From Mobula hypostoma (lineage: Eukaryota), in the NCBI RefSeq assembly GCF_963921235.1, contig NC_086118.1, positions 24,554,001 to 24,618,000 of the forward strand: a stretch of 64,000 bases of DNA. Reading direction: 5' to 3'. Made by a program: the position numbers and the translations under genes. The notes below the pieces were generated by a model that saw nothing but the letters and a program-made list of their open reading frames with translations, made no database searches and was not told the origin of the DNA. This document shows, piece after piece, positions 59,110 through 64,000 of the stretch (the first letter of the stretch is position 1; each line of letters begins with the position of its first letter).

Positions 59110-62030
59110 AGGAGCATGAGAAGAGGCAACTCAGATCAGCAAGTGAGATTTAAAAAAGAATGTTCACTAGCTTGCGGTGTTTTCCAACTGCCCAATCAAA
59201 TCAGGAGCAAGAAAGGAGGCGACACAAGTTGATGAGTGAGATTTAAAAAGGAGTGTTCGTGAGCTTTCATCGTTTATGGTGAACCAATTAAATTGCAGTT
59301 TTTTTTTCAAGGGCAAATAAAAATAAGGCAGGTACAGGTGGAGCGGCCATTGTGTGAGTGGACCAGTGTTAGAATGGGGAGGCTTTGGGTCAACAGGCTT
59401 TGTCGAGAACGGGCATGGGTGAAAAGAATATCTAGAAAGTTTCTTCTTCTTCATTCTTCATTCTTCATCTGTTAGTGTGCAACTAGAGTAGTGAGAATGG
59501 CCCCAGGGACGGTGTGATGTTCTTGCTGTAAGATGTGGAAATTCTGGGCATTCTCCAGCCTCCCAGATAACAATATCTGCACCAGGTTCACTTCTCAGAG
59601 AACGTGTTAAGGAACTGGAACTGCAGCTCGATGACCTTCAGCTCATACAGGGAACTGATAGATAGGAACTACAGAGGGGTGGTCACCCCAGATTGCAGGA
59701 AGCAGTCACCTGGATGACCGTCAGGAGAGGAAGAGGAAATCGGCTGCCAGTACAGGATATCTTTGTTGCCGTTTCCCTCAATAATAAGAATACCATTTTG
59801 GATATTCTTCAGGGAATGACCTACCAGGAGGAGCTGCAGTGACTAGGTCTCTGCCACTGAGACTGGCGCTATGGTTCAGAGGAAGAGGAGTGAAGGGGAC
59901 TGCAGTAATGATAGGGGATTCCATAGCGAGAGGAGACATGAGATTCTGTGGATGCAACAGAGGCACCAGGTGGTATGTTACTTCCAAGCTGCCAGGGTCA
60001 GGGATATCTCAGATCTGCTTCACAGCATTCTAAAGAGAATGAGAAGTCAGAAGTCTTGGTATATATTGGCACCAATGTCATAAGTAGGGAAAAGGTAGGT
60101 CCTGAAGAGAGAATATAGAGAGCTACGTAGAAAGCTGGTAAGCAGGACTTCAAGAGTAGTAATCTCTGGAGTGCTGCTTGTACCACATGCTAGTGAGGTA
60201 AGTATAGGATGATTTGGCAGATGGATGCAAGGCTGAGGAACTGGTGCAGGGGGCTGGGCTTCAGATTTCTGGATTAGTGGGATCTCTTGTAGGGAAGTTA
60301 TGACCTGTACAAGGGGGTTGGATTTCACCTGAACCTGAGGGGTACTGATATCCTAGATAGTAGGTTTGCTAGAACTGTTGGCAAGGGTTTAAACTAAATT
60401 GGCAGGGGTTTGGGAACCAGAGTAAAAGAGCTGAGGATGGGGCAGTTGGTATACAAGTATAGGCAGTATGGCGTCAGGCTGTCAGGAAGGAAGGCAGATG
60501 ATAGGACAAAACTGCAGTCAGTGGGATGCATTGAAGTGTAATACTGGACTGAATGTGTTATATTTGAATGCACACAACTTACGGAATAAGGTAGATGATC
60601 ATGCAGTGCAGTTAGAGATTAGCAGGTATGACTTTATGGGTATCACGGATTCATGGCTGAAGGAAGATTATAGTTGGAAGCTTAACATCCAAAAGTGCTA
60701 ATATCCAATGTTAGAAGATTGTATCAAAAATACAGACAGGTAAGCAAAGGGAATGGCATGGCTCTTTTGGTAAAAATGAAATCAAATCCTTAAAAAGAGG
60801 TGACGTAAGATTGGAAGATGTAGAATCCTTGTGGGTAGAGCTAAGAAATTACAAGGGTAGAAAGGCCCTGAAGAGAGTTATATACAAGCCTCCAAACAGT
60901 AGCCAGGATATGGGCTACAAATTACAACAGGAGATAGAAAATGCTTGTCAAAAGGACAATGTTATGATAGTCATGGGGGATTTCAATATGCAGGTAAATT
61001 AAGGAAATTAGGTTGGAGGTGGATCCCAAGAGAGGCAAATTGTAGAATGTCCATGAGGTGGCTTTTTAGAGCAGTTTATGGTAGAGCCCACTAGGCGATC
61101 AGATGTTCTGGATTGGGTGTTGTGTAATGTACCAGATTTGAATAGGGAGTTTAAGGTGAAGGAATGCCTTCGAAGACAGTGACATGAGATTATGTGGATG
61201 AAATAGAGACACCCAGATGATATCTATTACCTCCCAGTTGCCAAGGTCAAGGACATCTTGGATCACATCTCAAATTCACTCTTCAATTTGAGAAAGAGAA
61301 TCTAAAATCAAATGTATCAGCACTACAATGGAATAAAGAGAATTATAGTGGAATGAGAGAGGAGCTGGCCAAAGCTGATTGGAAGGGGACACTAGCAGGG
61401 GTGATGGCAGAGCAGCAATGGTTAGAGTTTCTGGGAGCAATTTAGAAGGCACAGGATAGATATATTGCAAAGAAGATAATGTATTCTAAGGCAGGATGGA
61501 GCAACTGTGGCTGACAAGGGAAGTCAAAGTCAACATTAAAGCAAAAGAGAGGACAGAGAATAGAGCAAATATTGGTGCAAAGTTAGAGCTTTTAAAAACT
61601 ACAGAAGGCACTAAAAAGGTCACAGGAGGGAAAAGATGAAATATGAAAATAAACTAGCCAATAATATCGAAGAGAATACCAAAAGTTCTTTTTCTGACAT
61701 ATAAAGAGTAAAAGAGAGGTGAGAATACACAGAGATCATGACAGTTGGAAAATGATGCTGGAGATGTAGTAATGGTGATAAGGAAATGGTAGGTGAAGTG
61801 AATAAGTATTTTGCATCAGTCTTCACTGTGGAAGACATTAGCAGTATGCCGGAAGTTCAAGAGTGTCAGGGGGCAGAAGTGAGTGTAGTTGCTATTACTA
61901 GGGAGAAGGTGCTTGGGAAATGAAAATGTCTGAAGTTAGATACAGTGAGTCACTTGGACAAGATGAGCTATACCCCAGGGTTCTGAAAGAGGCAGCTGAA
62001 GAGATTGTAGGGCTTGAGTAATGATCTTTC
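59110..62030 (+). mobile_element. CR1 LINE 5' portion: 5' UTR, ORF1 (Cys motif + SGNH/GDSL esterase), ORF2 APE endonuclease
   Basis: CSCCKMW..NICTR; AVMIGDSIARG and IGTN blocks; LNVLYLNAHNLRNKVD..GITDSWL, VIYKPPNS, IVMGDFN. Confidence 0.88.
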
Positions 62031-62159
62031 TGTCCATATGTTGCTTATTGATATTACTGTGTTTCTTTGTATTTATTTCAAATGTCTGCAAGAAAATTAA
62101 TTTCATGGTAATATATGGTGATATGTGCTTTGATAATAAATTTTACTTTGAACGTTGTA

Positions 62160-63002
62160 TTCAATCAGACCCATGAAGCATGACCTGCTCCTCACAAAGC
62201 CATGTCCTTAACCAGACTATATACCTTTCCAAATTTTTATAAGTCGTGTCCCTAACTATCCTCTTCAATAGTTTGCCCACAACTGAAGTCAGGTTCACTG
62301 TTCTATAATTCCAAATGCAGTCTGACCAATGCCTTATAAGCACAGCATTACATCCTTGCTTTTATAATCTAATCCTCTCAAAATGAATGCTGAAGTTGTA
62401 TTTGCCTTCCTTATCACTGACTCAACCTGCAAGTTAAACTTCAGGGAATCCTGCATGAGGTCTCTCATGCCCCTTTCCACCTCTGATTTCTGAATTTGCT
62501 CCAGCTAGAAAATAGTCTACGCTTTTACTTCTTCTACCAAAGTGCGTGACCAAACACTTCCTTTCACTATTCCATCTGCCACTTCTTTGCCCATTCTCCT
62601 AATCTGTCTCAGTCCTCCTGCAGACTCCCTGCTTCCCCAACACTACCTACCTCTTCACCTACCTCTGTATCATCCACAAACACGGCCATAAAGCTCTCAA
62701 TCCCTTTATCCAAGTCATTGAAATAAAACATGAAAAAAGTGACCAACTTAGCAATGCCGCTCCCCCACCTCTTTTATCTCCCTCTCTGCCCCTGCTCCGG
62801 AAAATCCAAGATCTATTTCCACCCTTGTGACAGCCAAGTCTCTGTAACAGCCAGACTATTGTAGTTCCATTTACTGATCCACAGTCGAATTCATCACGCC
62901 TTTTCCTGATACTTCCTGAATTAGTCACATTTTAACCTATCCAACTGATATCCCTCCATTCTGAGGCTGTGCCCTCTGGTCCGGGACTCCTCCACTATAG
63001 GA
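62160..63002 (-). mobile_element. Patchwork of CR1 fragments
   Basis: NYRTVNLTSVVGKLLK; RT C-terminal piece; GDKRGGGAAL endonuclease piece; 3' piece. Confidence 0.7.
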
Positions 63003-63004
63003 CT

Positions 63005-63842
63005 GGGGGAGAAGGAGAAGGAGTGTGGAAAGATGGCGCCAGCGGTTTTTGAAGACCCAGGCAACTTCTTCCAGTTCATTCTCAAAGCGGCTTATTCTTT
63101 TTCCCTTATGTCCTTCCTTTCTTTTCAAAGTGGTTGGGGTTCTGTCAGAGTCCACTATCTACAGTTCTTCACTAGCAGTGGGTTTTAGGACTGGCTATGT
63201 GGCCTAATGCTTTGCTATCTCCAGGATCGGCCTGGAGGACGTGCGCCCTCGAGGAGTGGATTGGTAGATGACCCGGTTCCTCACCAATTTCTCAGACTGA
63301 AGCGACGTAGGAGACTGTACCATCCAGACAGCAGGAGGTATGTTTGCTAATTGCCGGCTACAGGTGGAAGAAGGCCCCTGTACTCGAGTGATCCGTCTCT
63401 CTCTCTCTCTCTCTCTCCTTTGCTGGAGAGTGAGAGGCTGTCGGCCCTTGAGAAGTGGGGTGGGGGAGCTCGGAGAAGTGGAGAGGAAGAACGCAACATC
63501 AGATCAGAGAGTTGCTGGTCTCTTTCTCCTTGTTGCAGCAGCGACCTCCCTCTCCCTCCCTGGAGAGGGAGAGCCTGTCCGAGATACCAAAATGCTGGAA
63601 ATGGACTGTACTTTTGATGGACTCTGCGTCAAAGTCTCATTGAGGGCCTCTGCTGTTGTTTGCATGGTGGCGGTGGGGGGGGATTCATGCTTCTGCTGGC
63701 TTGAGTGGGGAGAGGGGTGTTGATGCCTTTGCTTCTGCTTGTGCAAAGAGTGGGAAGGGGGCGACCTTGATGTTTCTATTTTTCTTTCTACGGGGCCTCT
63801 TGTTCAATGGATGACTTGCGAAGGGTACGAATTTCAGGTTGT
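63005..63842 (+). mobile_element. Non-coding retroposon starting with AAGATGGCG
   Basis: ggaagatggcgcc start, CpG-rich, internal (TC)n at 63397-63416. Confidence 0.45.
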
Positions 63843-63940
63843 AAACCATGTGGGCTCCCTCACCTCTGCCCCTCCGACCCTCAACACAGGTGGCCCTCAG
63901 GGCTGTGTTCTAAGCCCCCTCCTTTACTCTCTGTATATGA
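63843..63940 (+). mobile_element. Rex/Babar-type RT fragment
   Basis: TLNTGGPQGCVLSPLLYSLY. Confidence 0.75.
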
Positions 63941-64000
63941 AGGACCTAAGTAATAAAGTCAATTTAATTCAATTCAGTACATTCTCCGATGTTAAATAAA

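Overview
This is eukaryotic, repeat-dominated DNA, most likely intronic or intergenic sequence from a cartilaginous fish (inferred from abundant CR1 LINEs plus HE1/V-SINE-like and SacSINE1/DeuSINE-like repeats). No host exon, rRNA, tRNA gene or CRISPR array could be supported. Every recognisable ORF is a retroelement fragment. The window contains many CR1 pieces (one 5' portion keeps an ORF1 esterase and the endonuclease), Rex1/Babar-type and RTE LINE pieces, a decayed near-full-length chromodomain Gypsy (Tf1/sushi-type) element with two LTRs, hAT-type MITEs, several SINE families and Penelope-like elements (PLEs). The most striking signal is a PLE terminal-repeat family carrying a minimal hammerhead ribozyme motif (AGUC-CUGANGA-A-GGG..CCC-GAAAC-GUC^GACU), about ten copies in all. 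It occurs at the 3' end of RT + GIY-YIG coding copies. It also occurs as ORF-less head-to-head palindromic insertions flanked by 12-bp target-site duplications (TSDs), and one arm starts exactly at the predicted cleavage site. Coordinates of degenerate repeats are approximate and were read by eye. Family names come from recalled motifs, not database searches.
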